Positions 1 to 9,039 of a stretch of 39,706 bases of DNA are shown in pieces (within the stretch, counting starts at the first letter, position 1; every line of letters starts with the position of its first letter). A model generated the notes under the pieces. It saw only the letters and a program-made list of their open reading frames with translations, made no database searches and had not been told where the DNA came from. Source of the stretch: Puniceicoccaceae bacterium (GTDB lineage: Bacteria > Verrucomicrobiota > Verrucomicrobiia > Opitutales > Oceanipulchritudinaceae); the NCBI GenBank assembly GCA_040830765.1, contig JBFOMH010000034.1:1-39706 (forward strand). The letters are read 5' to 3'. Position numbers and translations under genes: made by a program.

Positions 1-273
1 GTCAGCATACAGCTCGCAGCTGATCCCCTCGATGCCGGTTTTCCAGACACCATCGCCTGCTTCGGTCCACTCGGTCAGCTGCTGCCCGCCGTAAAGGTTC
101 ACCCTGGCTCCCTCGGTGGCGCGGATTGTCAGGCTGTGCTTGCCGGTTATCCGGATGGGTTGCTGGAGGAAGTAATCCCCTCCCTGCAATTCGAGAATAG
201 CTCCATCGACGGCTGCTTCCAGTTGCTGGTGGAGGGTGTCGGGGCCGACGGAAATGACAGGGGTGAGGCTCAT
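1..273 (-). CDS. Partial CDS (runs off the left edge), N-terminus of a right-handed parallel beta-helix protein (GH141/GH110-like start)
   Basis: Absent from the ORF track; translated by hand from the ATG at 273: MSLTPVISVGPDTLHQQLEAAVDGAILELQGGDYFLQQPIRITGKHSLTIRATEGARVNLYGGQQLTEWTEAGDGVWKTGIEGISCELYAD, open to base 1. The 'L.GG.Y.L..PI......LTI.A..G..V.L.GG..L..W......VW' pattern is typical of beta-helix carbohydrate enzymes. No signal peptide. Confidence 0.65.
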   Translation of the reverse strand, partial: MSLTPVISVGPDTLHQQLEAAVDGAILELQGGDYFLQQPIRITGKHSLTIRATEGARVNLYGGQQLTEWTEAGDGVWKTGIEGISCELYAD

Positions 274-375
274 GACTTGGGTCTTGGATTGAGAGGCAGT
301 TTTAGTCGTTGTGGGGAGGTATTTGGGATTAAGGCCCTTTTGAGCAACCGATTTCAATAGGCATCAAATGATTAA

Positions 376-391
376 ATTCGGGGAGCCGTAT
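376..391. promoter_or_regulatory. Degenerate copy of the ATTCG-N6-CGAAT operator
   Basis: ATTCG-GGGAGC-CGTAT (1 mismatch) in the divergent gap between the beta-helix gene and GH94. Confidence 0.45.
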
Positions 392-528
392 GGATCTTGG
401 TTGTGCCATCAGGTTGTTCCTTGAACTGCTGATTATCCGCGATTCTTCTAGCTAGGATAATCTGTTTCCAGAGCGGGAGTACAGCCGAATATACAGCCCG
501 CCCAAGGCAACATGAACCGCTAGTTACG

Positions 529-2916
529 ATGAACCTTTATTCCTTCGATGACCCCCGGCGGGCGATTCACATCCACACACCGACCCCTCCGCAGCCGTGG
601 ATCAACTACTTGTCCAATGGCCGTGTGCACGCCTTTGTCTCGCAGGCCGGCGGTGGCCTCTTCTGGCACAAGAGCGCGGTCTCGGGGAGGATCACCCGCT
701 ACCGGATGCATCACTTGCCGTTGGATACCCCCGGCTTTTATGTCTACATCCGGATGCCGGATGGTTCGGTCTGGTCCCCGTCCTTCCGGCCGGCTGAAGC
801 GGAATTGGACGGATTCTCTTGCACCCATCAGCCGGGGGTCACTACATTCAACGCTGAGAAATCGGGAATCCAGGCAAAGCTGGAGATGTTCATCTGCCCG
901 GACCATGACATCATGGTGTGGAACCTTTCTCTTGATTCGGACCTCCCCGAGGCCATCGATGTTGATGTTTTCGCCTACATGGAGTTCAGCCTGCAGGACT
1001 GGAAGTGTGAAGAGAACTTCGGCTACTATCGCACCCACCAGGTCATCACCAGATTTGACGAGGAGGAGCAGGCCCTCCTGATGATCCGGCGCCTCAACCA
1101 TCCCCCATTGGTCTATATGGCTTCGAACGTATCCTTGGAGAGCTGGGACGGCGAACGGGAGGCCTTTCTGGGTCATTATCGGACCGAGTTCAACCCGGCT
1201 GCGGTGGAAAAAGGGCGCTGCTCGGGCAAGGAATTGCCAACGGGGCATCCCTGTGGCGCCCTGCACCCCCGCCTCAGTCTTAAGCCGGGCGAGAGTGCTA
1301 ATGTCTCCTTTTTCGCGGGGGTGGCTGAAATCCTCGACAAGGATTTTGAAAAGGCGAAGGCAACCATGCGGCAGTCGCTTTCCTCCCTCAGAAAAACTGG
1401 AGGCGTTCAGGAACAAAAGCAGAAACTGAACGAATGGTGGGAGAGGCATTTCGATGCCTTCCAATGCTCCATTCCCCATGAATCGGCCCAGCGTCAGATC
1501 AATACCTGGAGCGCGGTCAACACGGTTCACACAGGCCGCTACTCGCGCGCGGTCAGCAGGCTGGCTCCGGGATCCCGCGGGGTCGGATTCCGCGATACCT
1601 GCCAAGACATGCTGTCCATCGCCTACCGGCAGCCGGACTGGGCGGCGGAGGTCTTCTCGTTCCTGCTCAGCCAGCAATTCAGGGACGGGCACACGGTCCA
1701 CTTCTGTTATCCGGATGATCCGGAAGGACCTTACCTCAGTACCCGTAGTGACAATCACTTGTGGCTGCCACTGCTGGCCTATGCCATCGTGGCTGAGACG
1801 GGGGATGTCAGCCTGCTCGACCGCAAGGTGGCCTGGTATGATGACAGCACGGAAGCCACGGTCTGGGAGCACCTGCTGGCGTCCATCTGTTTTGCCATGG
1901 ACAACCGGGGCTCGCACGGCCTGCCCTTGCTCTTTGGCAGTGATTGGAATGACAGCATTGCCGAGATGTACCATACCAAGGAGGGGAGGGCCGAGTCGAT
2001 CTTCGCCGCCCAGCAGGCCGTTGTGGCGATTAACCGGATGATTCCACTGGCAGAAGCGCTTGGTGATAACGAGAGCCTTAACTGGCTGGAAGAAAGCCAC
2101 CGTACCCTTACCGCCGCCATCCTTGAGTCTGCCTGGGATGGGGAGTGGTGGCGAAGGGGCTACGATGACAACGGGCATCCCATGGGCAGCTCGGCAAGCG
2201 AGGTCGGCAAGTTGTTTCTCAATACACAAAGCTGGGCCGTGCTTTCGGGGATCGGCACGCTCGAGCAGCGGCAAATAGGCATGGATGCGGTGGAGGAAAA
2301 CCTCCTCACCGATGTCGGCTTGAAGGCGTGCCACCCGGGATTCATCCCCTGGCCGGAAGATCCGGATTCCCATTGTGGCAGCTCCCGCGGTACCAACGAG
2401 AACGGGGCCATCTTCTGCCATGCCAACACCTGGGCTATCATTGCCGAGGCCCTTCTCGGCAACGCGGACCGGGCATGGAAGTACTTTACCCAGTTGATAC
2501 CCGCCGAGGTCGCCAAGACAGTTGGTATCGAGCGCTATGCCGCCGAGCCCTACGCCTGGGTGAGCCAGATCATCGGGCCGGAAAATGACCGTTACGGATG
2601 GGCCAACGTCGAGCACGTGACGGGTACCGCCACCTGGATGGATGTGGCCGCGACACAGTACCTTCTCGGCGTCCGGGCGGAGCTGGATGGGCTTCGGATC
2701 GACCCCTGTGTGCCGGCTGACTTCAAGAAGTTCAGTATCACCCGGAGCTTCCGGGACTGCACGGTTGTGATCGATATCGAGCATCGCTCAGGACAGGGCA
2801 GGGGAGTCCAGTCGCTGACGCTGGACGGCAAGCCAGTCTCCCTTGAGAAAGGCCCGGTCATTCCGGCGTCCTTGCTCGCCGGCAAGGCGCGCGTGCAGGT
2901 CCAGGTTTTGATGTAA
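529..2916 (+). CDS. GH94 glycoside phosphorylase (chitobiose/cellobiose phosphorylase-like)
   Basis: 795 aa with PxPWINYL N-terminus, GxGFRDTxQD, catalytic DWND and ENGAIFCHANTW motifs characteristic of GH94. No signal peptide. Confidence 0.92.
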   Translation: MNLYSFDDPRRAIHIHTPTPPQPWINYLSNGRVHAFVSQAGGGLFWHKSAVSGRITRYRMHHLPLDTPGFYVYIRMPDGSVWSPSFRPAEAELDGFSCTHQPGVTTFNAEKSGIQAKLEMFICPDHDIMVWNLSLDSDLPEAIDVDVFAYMEFSLQDWKCEENFGYYRTHQVITRFDEEEQALLMIRRLNHPPLVYMASNVSLESWDGEREAFLGHYRTEFNPAAVEKGRCSGKELPTGHPCGALHPRLSLKPGESANVSFFAGVAEILDKDFEKAKATMRQSLSSLRKTGGVQEQKQKLNEWWERHFDAFQCSIPHESAQRQINTWSAVNTVHTGRYSRAVSRLAPGSRGVGFRDTCQDMLSIAYRQPDWAAEVFSFLLSQQFRDGHTVHFCYPDDPEGPYLSTRSDNHLWLPLLAYAIVAETGDVSLLDRKVAWYDDSTEATVWEHLLASICFAMDNRGSHGLPLLFGSDWNDSIAEMYHTKEGRAESIFAAQQAVVAINRMIPLAEALGDNESLNWLEESHRTLTAAILESAWDGEWWRRGYDDNGHPMGSSASEVGKLFLNTQSWAVLSGIGTLEQRQIGMDAVEENLLTDVGLKACHPGFIPWPEDPDSHCGSSRGTNENGAIFCHANTWAIIAEALLGNADRAWKYFTQLIPAEVAKTVGIERYAAEPYAWVSQIIGPENDRYGWANVEHVTGTATWMDVAATQYLLGVRAELDGLRIDPCVPADFKKFSITRSFRDCTVVIDIEHRSGQGRGVQSLTLDGKPVSLEKGPVIPASLLAGKARVQVQVLM

Positions 2917-2935
2917 GCTGTTCTACTTGCTTTCG

Positions 2936-2951
2936 ATTCACGCTCCCGAAT
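2936..2951. promoter_or_regulatory. Degenerate copy of the ATTCG-N6-CGAAT operator
   Basis: ATTCA-CGCTCC-CGAAT (1 mismatch), starting 79 bp before the start at 3015. Confidence 0.45.
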
Positions 2952-3014
2952 TAAAAGGTGCCAGACCCCGGTTTCCAGGGTTGTCCTGCTTGAACCGTCG
3001 CCAAGACTGCGGTA

Positions 3015-6000
3015 ATGCCTAATACCCCAAACTTGGTCTTATTCCTGGTCACGATTCTGGTGACCACGGCGGATGCCTCGGTGCTCTTGGATGCCCACGA
3101 TTTTGAAGATCCCTTTGTCAGCTTGCCTGCCGGGAGCATTGGAACCGGCAAGCTCCCGGAAGGCTGGCTGGAAGCAACAACCGGTGATGCGACGGAGGTT
3201 GTATATGGAGAGTTGACAGTGGCTCCCAACGCCGGTGCCCAGTCGCTTCTCGCTGAGGTATCGTCTGTTGCGGGGGGCGCGGCCCGTCTTGTCAGCCCAT
3301 CGTTCACTGTCAGTGGATATGACGTAGTCCGGCTGGAATTGGCACTGCGCAGTCCCACCTCCAGCTTCGTCGACATTAAGTTGGTGGACGCCGCAGACCC
3401 GACGATTATCCTCTGGTCAAAGTCCTTTCAGACGTATCCCGAATGGAGGGAATCCGCTTCCTTGATCGCCGTTACCGGGCCGATGGATGATGTGAGCCTC
3501 GTTCTTGAGATACCCGTGACAGGCCGGGTCGAGACGGATGACTGGAAGATGGAAGGCCTGATGTACGAAGAGCTAGAGCAGGAGAGGGCTTTTGAGGACA
3601 ACCTCCTTCCAAGCAGCGTGTTCCCGCTGGGCGTGGTTGCTCCCTACATTCAGGGAGGCAACTACCGCCCGGACAGCGCCATTGTCAGCGATCCCACAGA
3701 GCCGGGTCCGTCGGGCCTTCCCTCGCTCAAAATGACCAGTTTCCCCACCGAATGGCTTGCCCGGACCGTCCGGCTGACGGCCCCTTTTCAAGGACGACCG
3801 CTGCAGGAGCACACATTCAGCGTGTGGGTTAAAGGATCTCCAGATGCCAGAGGCCAAAGGGTCATCCTGGAACTGGGCTACCACGGCGATTACCTGATCG
3901 TTCCCTTTCGGATCACGAGTGACTGGCAGCGCTACAGCATAACACAAGAACTCCCCTTCAGCTCGACTGGCGTGCACCTGGCCCGGGTCAAGTCGGACTC
4001 GTTGTACCCCGTGTGGGTGGATGGACTGCGTGTCGTGGAATCCTCAACCGATACGGACTACCGGCCCAGCGGGCCACTTGAAGTGAACCTGAAGCCAACC
4101 GCCGAATTTGACCTTTTCTTCAAGGGAGAGCCCCTGGAAGTTGAGTTTGCGCTTGTCGGCGACAGGGCAACAGCCCACGAGATGGAAGTGTGTTTGAAGT
4201 TGCCCGATCGCAGCCTTTATTTGCTGGATTCGGTTCCCGTCGAGAATTCGCCCGGTGAAGTCTTGAAAGTGAATTGGATCGCCCCGGAAAGCGATTATGA
4301 CCAGCTCGGGACATTCCTTCTCCAGATGCGGGTGCTGGATGAATTGGGAATTCCGCTGTCGAACTGGTCAGAAACACTTGTTCACCGCATACAAAGACCG
4401 CATTACGAAAACGAATTCGCGACGGACTCGCCGTTCGGCCTGCACATATTCGCGACGGATCGGGAAGCACGCCGGGCCAAGAAACTCGGCTTCAACTGGG
4501 TCCGTTCACACTATCACTTTTCCTGGTCGTGGATTCAGCCTCAAGAAGGGGGCCCTTTCAATTGGGCCAACACAGACACGTGGACGGCTGCCATGAAAGA
4601 CGCGAAACTGCAGCTCCTTGCCTTCTTCGGCTCGGCGCCTTTGTGGGCATCTGAGGCCAGCGATGGATGGAGCGGCGGCAACACCCCCTGGTACCGGTTT
4701 ACCGCCCCGCCCCGGAACGAGACAGCAACCCTGGATGCTTTTGAGGATTACGTCTTCCAAATCCTTAACCGGTACGGGGATGACATCGATGCCCTGGAGA
4801 TCTGGAACGAGCCTTTCCTGCCAGCCTTTTTCCCGGTGGACGTGGTAAACGGCGTTCCCGTCCGTGGCCCGGCGGAGCTTCTCAACAAGATGGCCCAACG
4901 GGTCCGTGACGTGGCGGACAGGATTGGCTACACCAAGCCGATCGCATGGCAAGTGGGCGGGAACTACGGTGCAGATGAACTCGCTTTCGATATGGAGAAC
5001 ATCGCGCTTGGGACCCACGAGCTGGCGGACATGTACACGATGCACCGTTATTACCCTGTGGAAATTGGCCTGCCCGGGGATCTCGTCGAGAATGATTTCA
5101 ACCTGATCCGTCAGAACTATCCGCAAGCGACCCAGACAAAGCCGCTCTGGCTCAGCGAGGGAAGCTCCATGACCAGTGAAACCTTCAATCTGTTCGAATA
5201 CCTCCCGCCCTGGAAACCGGCGAGTTCCATTGAGCAGCAGAACCGGAAATTCATCCTTTATCATCTGGGCTACCTAGCGGCCGGCTATGAAAAGCTCTTC
5301 CCCTATGCCTTCTTTGAGCAGGATGGATGGAAGGCGAACTATAACTTCATGCATCTGGATGGGCGCCTCTCGCACATTGCCTCCGTGTTTTCCAACCTGA
5401 GCTACCAGTTGGAAGGGCGGGACTTTATCCAGCATTCCTATCCGGAATACGGGGCGACGGCTTGGGAATTCGCCGCACGCGAGGAAAACGGGTCATCCCT
5501 TGCCGTGGTCATGAACCCGGCCAAACGAACGATCCTGATGGAAAAACCGGCCGGGATGGAGATTCTGGATGTTTATGGGAATCCTTTATCCATCCCCTCC
5601 TTTCTCGATTCCGCGTTTTTCTACTTGCAGGCTGATGACTTGACCAACGCCTGGCCCTTGCTGGCCGACAAGCTGGTCCAGTCGGACTCCCGGAGCCCCT
5701 TTGTCGGTTTCCCGGACGAAGGGGATTCATGGCGTCAAACCTACATGGGCCGGTTGAACGATTACTGGTGGCCCTTCCTGATCCACGAGGATATGGGTAC
5801 CCTTTACACCATTCCCACCACGCGTACCCGGGCCCGAACGTTTTACCTGTACGATTATCAACTGGAGAGCTGGATCTATACAGGGGCCGAAATTTACCCA
5901 TGGGTCTATCACCTCGGTCTCAAGGCCTGGTATTACCAGATTCCCGTTTCCACTCTATCCCAACGCTGGCTGTGGCTCATACTGGACGGGCAAGGCAGTT

Positions 6001-6023
6001 GGGTGACCACAGATGACATTTAG
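3015..6023 (+). CDS. Secreted modular clan GH-A glycoside hydrolase (GH39-like TIM barrel) with N-terminal CBM-like beta-sandwiches and a Trp-rich C-terminal tail
   Basis: 1002 aa. Signal peptide-like start (ADA-S). CBM4/9-like segments (HTFSVWVKG...ITSDWQRYS). Barrel motifs FGLH, LGFNWVR, acid/base EIWNEP, TMHRY and nucleophile LWLSE. Last ~110 aa are Trp/Tyr-rich. Confidence 0.78.
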   Translation: MPNTPNLVLFLVTILVTTADASVLLDAHDFEDPFVSLPAGSIGTGKLPEGWLEATTGDATEVVYGELTVAPNAGAQSLLAEVSSVAGGAARLVSPSFTVSGYDVVRLELALRSPTSSFVDIKLVDAADPTIILWSKSFQTYPEWRESASLIAVTGPMDDVSLVLEIPVTGRVETDDWKMEGLMYEELEQERAFEDNLLPSSVFPLGVVAPYIQGGNYRPDSAIVSDPTEPGPSGLPSLKMTSFPTEWLARTVRLTAPFQGRPLQEHTFSVWVKGSPDARGQRVILELGYHGDYLIVPFRITSDWQRYSITQELPFSSTGVHLARVKSDSLYPVWVDGLRVVESSTDTDYRPSGPLEVNLKPTAEFDLFFKGEPLEVEFALVGDRATAHEMEVCLKLPDRSLYLLDSVPVENSPGEVLKVNWIAPESDYDQLGTFLLQMRVLDELGIPLSNWSETLVHRIQRPHYENEFATDSPFGLHIFATDREARRAKKLGFNWVRSHYHFSWSWIQPQEGGPFNWANTDTWTAAMKDAKLQLLAFFGSAPLWASEASDGWSGGNTPWYRFTAPPRNETATLDAFEDYVFQILNRYGDDIDALEIWNEPFLPAFFPVDVVNGVPVRGPAELLNKMAQRVRDVADRIGYTKPIAWQVGGNYGADELAFDMENIALGTHELADMYTMHRYYPVEIGLPGDLVENDFNLIRQNYPQATQTKPLWLSEGSSMTSETFNLFEYLPPWKPASSIEQQNRKFILYHLGYLAAGYEKLFPYAFFEQDGWKANYNFMHLDGRLSHIASVFSNLSYQLEGRDFIQHSYPEYGATAWEFAAREENGSSLAVVMNPAKRTILMEKPAGMEILDVYGNPLSIPSFLDSAFFYLQADDLTNAWPLLADKLVQSDSRSPFVGFPDEGDSWRQTYMGRLNDYWWPFLIHEDMGTLYTIPTTRTRARTFYLYDYQLESWIYTGAEIYPWVYHLGLKAWYYQIPVSTLSQRWLWLILDGQGSWVTTDDI

Positions 6024-6036
6024 AATTACCAAAGTT

Positions 6037-9033
6037 ATGAGACTATCCCAAATATTCCTTATTGCCTGCGTACTGTTGCCATCCGGGGCACAGGCCCTTG
6101 TTGAGCTGTATTCCCAGGACTTCGAAGACGCCTTCGTCGATCTTCCACCAAGCAGCATTGGCACGGGCAAGCTTCCCGCCGGTTGGGTGGATGCCACTGC
6201 CGCCACAACAGAGGTGGACTATGGAGAGTTGACGGTGGCTCCCAACGGGGGACTCCAGTCCCTTCTTATCGACGTATCATCGGTTGCGGGGGGGGCGGCG
6301 AGGCTTTCCAGTCCATCCTTCAGTGTAAGCGGGCATGAAGTTGTCCGGTTGAATTTGGCCTTGCGCAGTCCTGCGTCCGGTTTTGTCAACATTCTGCTGG
6401 TGGACAGTGCAGACCCATCGGTGGTTTACTGGTCCAAGTCCATCCAGATGAGCCCGGAGTGGAGGATGTTCTCATCCCTGATCGCGGTCACCGGGCCAAT
6501 GGATGCGGTGAGTTTCATCCTTGAGACGCCTGCAATGGGTCGGGTTGAGACGGATGACTGGACGATCGAGGGCCTGATGTTTGAGGAACTTGAACAAGAG
6601 CGATCCTTCGATGAAAACCTGCTTCCCGGAAGCGTCTTTCCGTTAGGGGTGGTGGCTCCCTACAATGCCGGGGGAAATTACCGGCCCGACGATGCCGTTG
6701 CCAGCGATCCAGCCGAGCCGGGACCCTCGGGGCTTCCGTCGCTGCGGATGACCAGTTTTCCGACAGAATTCTTTAGCCGGACCGTGCGTTTAACGGTGCC
6801 TTTCCAGGGGCGTCCCCTGCGGGAACATACCTTCAGTGTGTGGCTTAAGGGCTCTCCGGGTGCGTCGAATCAAACGGTGACGCTTGAGCTCGGCTACGAC
6901 GGTGATTTCCAGAGGGTGCCCGTCCAACTCTCTCGTGACTGGCAGCGCTACAGCGTCACGTACACACTTCCCTTCAGTACGACGGGGGTGCATCTGGCCC
7001 GGCTCAAGTCGAGCTCGGAATTTCCCTTCTGGGTGGATGGGCTGCGGGTTGTTGAGTCGGCCACGGATACGGACTACCTGCCCGGCGGGCCAATTGAGGT
7101 TTCGCTGAGGCCAACCGCCGAATACGACGTCTGTTTCAAGGGGGAGCCCCTGGAAGCCGAGATGGCGCTGGTCGGGGAGCGGGAGACTGCCTATGAAGTG
7201 GAGGTACGGGTGAAACTGCCCGAGGGGGGCCTTTACCTGCAGGATTTTGTTCCCCTGGAGGATTCACTCGAGGCAGTCCTGAAAAGATTCTGGACTGCTC
7301 CGGAAAGCGGTTTTGACCGCCTTGGTACCTATGTCGTCCAGATGCGGGTGCTGGATGAGCTGGGCATCCCCTTGTCGAAGTGGGCCGAAACCCTCGTCCA
7401 CCGTGTACAACGGCCACATTTTGAGAATGATTTCGCGCCGGACTCACCCTTCGGCCTGCACATATTCGCGACGGAGCGGGAGGCCAAGAGGGCCAAGAAA
7501 CTCGGCTTTAACTGGGTCCGCACAAGCTATCAGCTCGCCTGGTCCTGGCTCCAGCCGGAAGAGGGAGGGGCATTTAACTGGACCGACCTGGATGAGCGCA
7601 TGACTGCCCTCAAGGATGCGAAACTGCAGCTCCTGGTTTATCTCGCGGCGGCCCCCATGTGGGCATCCGAGGCCAGCTTTGATTGGGTCGGCGGCAATTC
7701 CTTCTGGTACCGGTTTACGGCACCTCCCCGCAATGAGACCGCCACCCTTGATGCCTTTGAAGAGTACGCCTTTGGCATCCTTGACCGCTACGGGGATGCC
7801 ATCGATGCTCTGGAGCTCTGGAACGAGCCCTTCCTGCCGGCCTTTTTCCCGGTGAACGTGGTTGACGGCGTTCCCATCCGCGCCCCGGCGGAGCTCTATA
7901 ACAAGATGGCCCAGCGGGTCCGCAGCGCGGCGGACAGGGCGGGCTACACCAAACCCATCGCCTGGAACGTGGGGGGGAACTACGGCGGGGATGAGCTCGC
8001 TTTCGACAATGAGAATATCAATCTCGGGACGGCCGACCTGGTTGATCTCTATACCATGCACCGGTACTCCTCGGTGGATATTGGTCTGCCCGGTGATATC
8101 ATAGAGGATGACATTGCATTGGTTCGCGACACCTATCCGCAAGCAACCACAGAGCGACCGGTCTGGCTCAGCGAAGGGAGTTCCATGACCAACGACACCT
8201 TTAACCTCTATGAATTCAGTCCGCCGCGGATCCCGGCGAGTGCTGTTGCGCAGCAGAGCAGGAAATTCATCCTGTACCATCTGGGTTATCTCGCGGCCGG
8301 TTATGAACGGCTCTTTCCGTATGCCTTCTTCGAACAGGATGAATGGACGGCGAATTTCAATTTACTGCATCTGGACGGGCGGCTATCTCACCTGGCCTCG
8401 GTGTTTTCCAACCTCAGCTACCAACTGGAGGGGCGGGACTTCATCCAGCATGCCTATCCGGAATACGGAGCGACGGCATGGGAATTTGCCGCGCGTGAGG
8501 ATAACGGCTTATCACTTGCCGTGGTCTTGAACCCGGCCAAACGAACGATCCTGATGGAGAAGCCCGCTGGAATCGAGATGCTCGATTTCTACGGAAACCC
8601 GCTCGCCGTGCCCGCCATCCTTGACTCCCGGTTTTCCTACCTGCTGGCGGATGACCTTGCCGCCTCCTGGCCATTGCTGGAAAACGTGCTCGTGCAATCC
8701 GACATCCGGAGCCCCTTCAGCTTTTTCCCTGACCAGGGCAACTCCTGGCGCCAGACCTACATGGGGCGGTTGAACGATTATTGGTGGCCTTTCCTGATGC
8801 ATGAGGAAATGGGCGCGCTTTATGCCGTTCCTGCGTCTGCCTCCCGGACATTCTACTTGTACGATTATCAATTGGGGAGCTGGACCTATTCGGGAGCCGG
8901 TATTTATCCCTGGTTTTATCACCTAGGGCTCCAAGCCTGGTGTTACCAGGTTTCTGGTTCAGCCGATGCTCAACGCTGGTTGTGGGTGCTTGATGGTGAG
9001 CAAGGGCGCTGGGTCAGGGTGGACGAACTCTGA
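6037..9033 (+). CDS. Tandem paralog of 3015..6023: secreted GH39-like modular hydrolase with Trp-rich tail
   Basis: Collinear with the upstream gene, with ELWNEP and VWLSE intact. Start placed at ATG 6037 (MRLSQIFLIACVLLPSGAQA, signal peptide) instead of 6013, which overlaps the previous gene. Confidence 0.78.
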   Translation: MRLSQIFLIACVLLPSGAQALVELYSQDFEDAFVDLPPSSIGTGKLPAGWVDATAATTEVDYGELTVAPNGGLQSLLIDVSSVAGGAARLSSPSFSVSGHEVVRLNLALRSPASGFVNILLVDSADPSVVYWSKSIQMSPEWRMFSSLIAVTGPMDAVSFILETPAMGRVETDDWTIEGLMFEELEQERSFDENLLPGSVFPLGVVAPYNAGGNYRPDDAVASDPAEPGPSGLPSLRMTSFPTEFFSRTVRLTVPFQGRPLREHTFSVWLKGSPGASNQTVTLELGYDGDFQRVPVQLSRDWQRYSVTYTLPFSTTGVHLARLKSSSEFPFWVDGLRVVESATDTDYLPGGPIEVSLRPTAEYDVCFKGEPLEAEMALVGERETAYEVEVRVKLPEGGLYLQDFVPLEDSLEAVLKRFWTAPESGFDRLGTYVVQMRVLDELGIPLSKWAETLVHRVQRPHFENDFAPDSPFGLHIFATEREAKRAKKLGFNWVRTSYQLAWSWLQPEEGGAFNWTDLDERMTALKDAKLQLLVYLAAAPMWASEASFDWVGGNSFWYRFTAPPRNETATLDAFEEYAFGILDRYGDAIDALELWNEPFLPAFFPVNVVDGVPIRAPAELYNKMAQRVRSAADRAGYTKPIAWNVGGNYGGDELAFDNENINLGTADLVDLYTMHRYSSVDIGLPGDIIEDDIALVRDTYPQATTERPVWLSEGSSMTNDTFNLYEFSPPRIPASAVAQQSRKFILYHLGYLAAGYERLFPYAFFEQDEWTANFNLLHLDGRLSHLASVFSNLSYQLEGRDFIQHAYPEYGATAWEFAAREDNGLSLAVVLNPAKRTILMEKPAGIEMLDFYGNPLAVPAILDSRFSYLLADDLAASWPLLENVLVQSDIRSPFSFFPDQGNSWRQTYMGRLNDYWWPFLMHEEMGALYAVPASASRTFYLYDYQLGSWTYSGAGIYPWFYHLGLQAWCYQVSGSADAQRWLWVLDGEQGRWVRVDEL

Positions 9034-9039
9034 TTGTCC

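Noticed and set aside
136..360. 74 aa plus-strand ORF
   Set aside because: It lies antisense to the better-supported beta-helix gene start (1..273, minus strand) and has no motifs.
520..2784. 754 aa antisense ORF overlapping GH94 (likewise 20245..21612, 4506..5264, 7444..8280 and 31442..32314)
   Set aside because: These are shadows of well-supported GC-rich sense genes, with no recognisable motifs. Stop-poor antisense frames are expected from codon bias.
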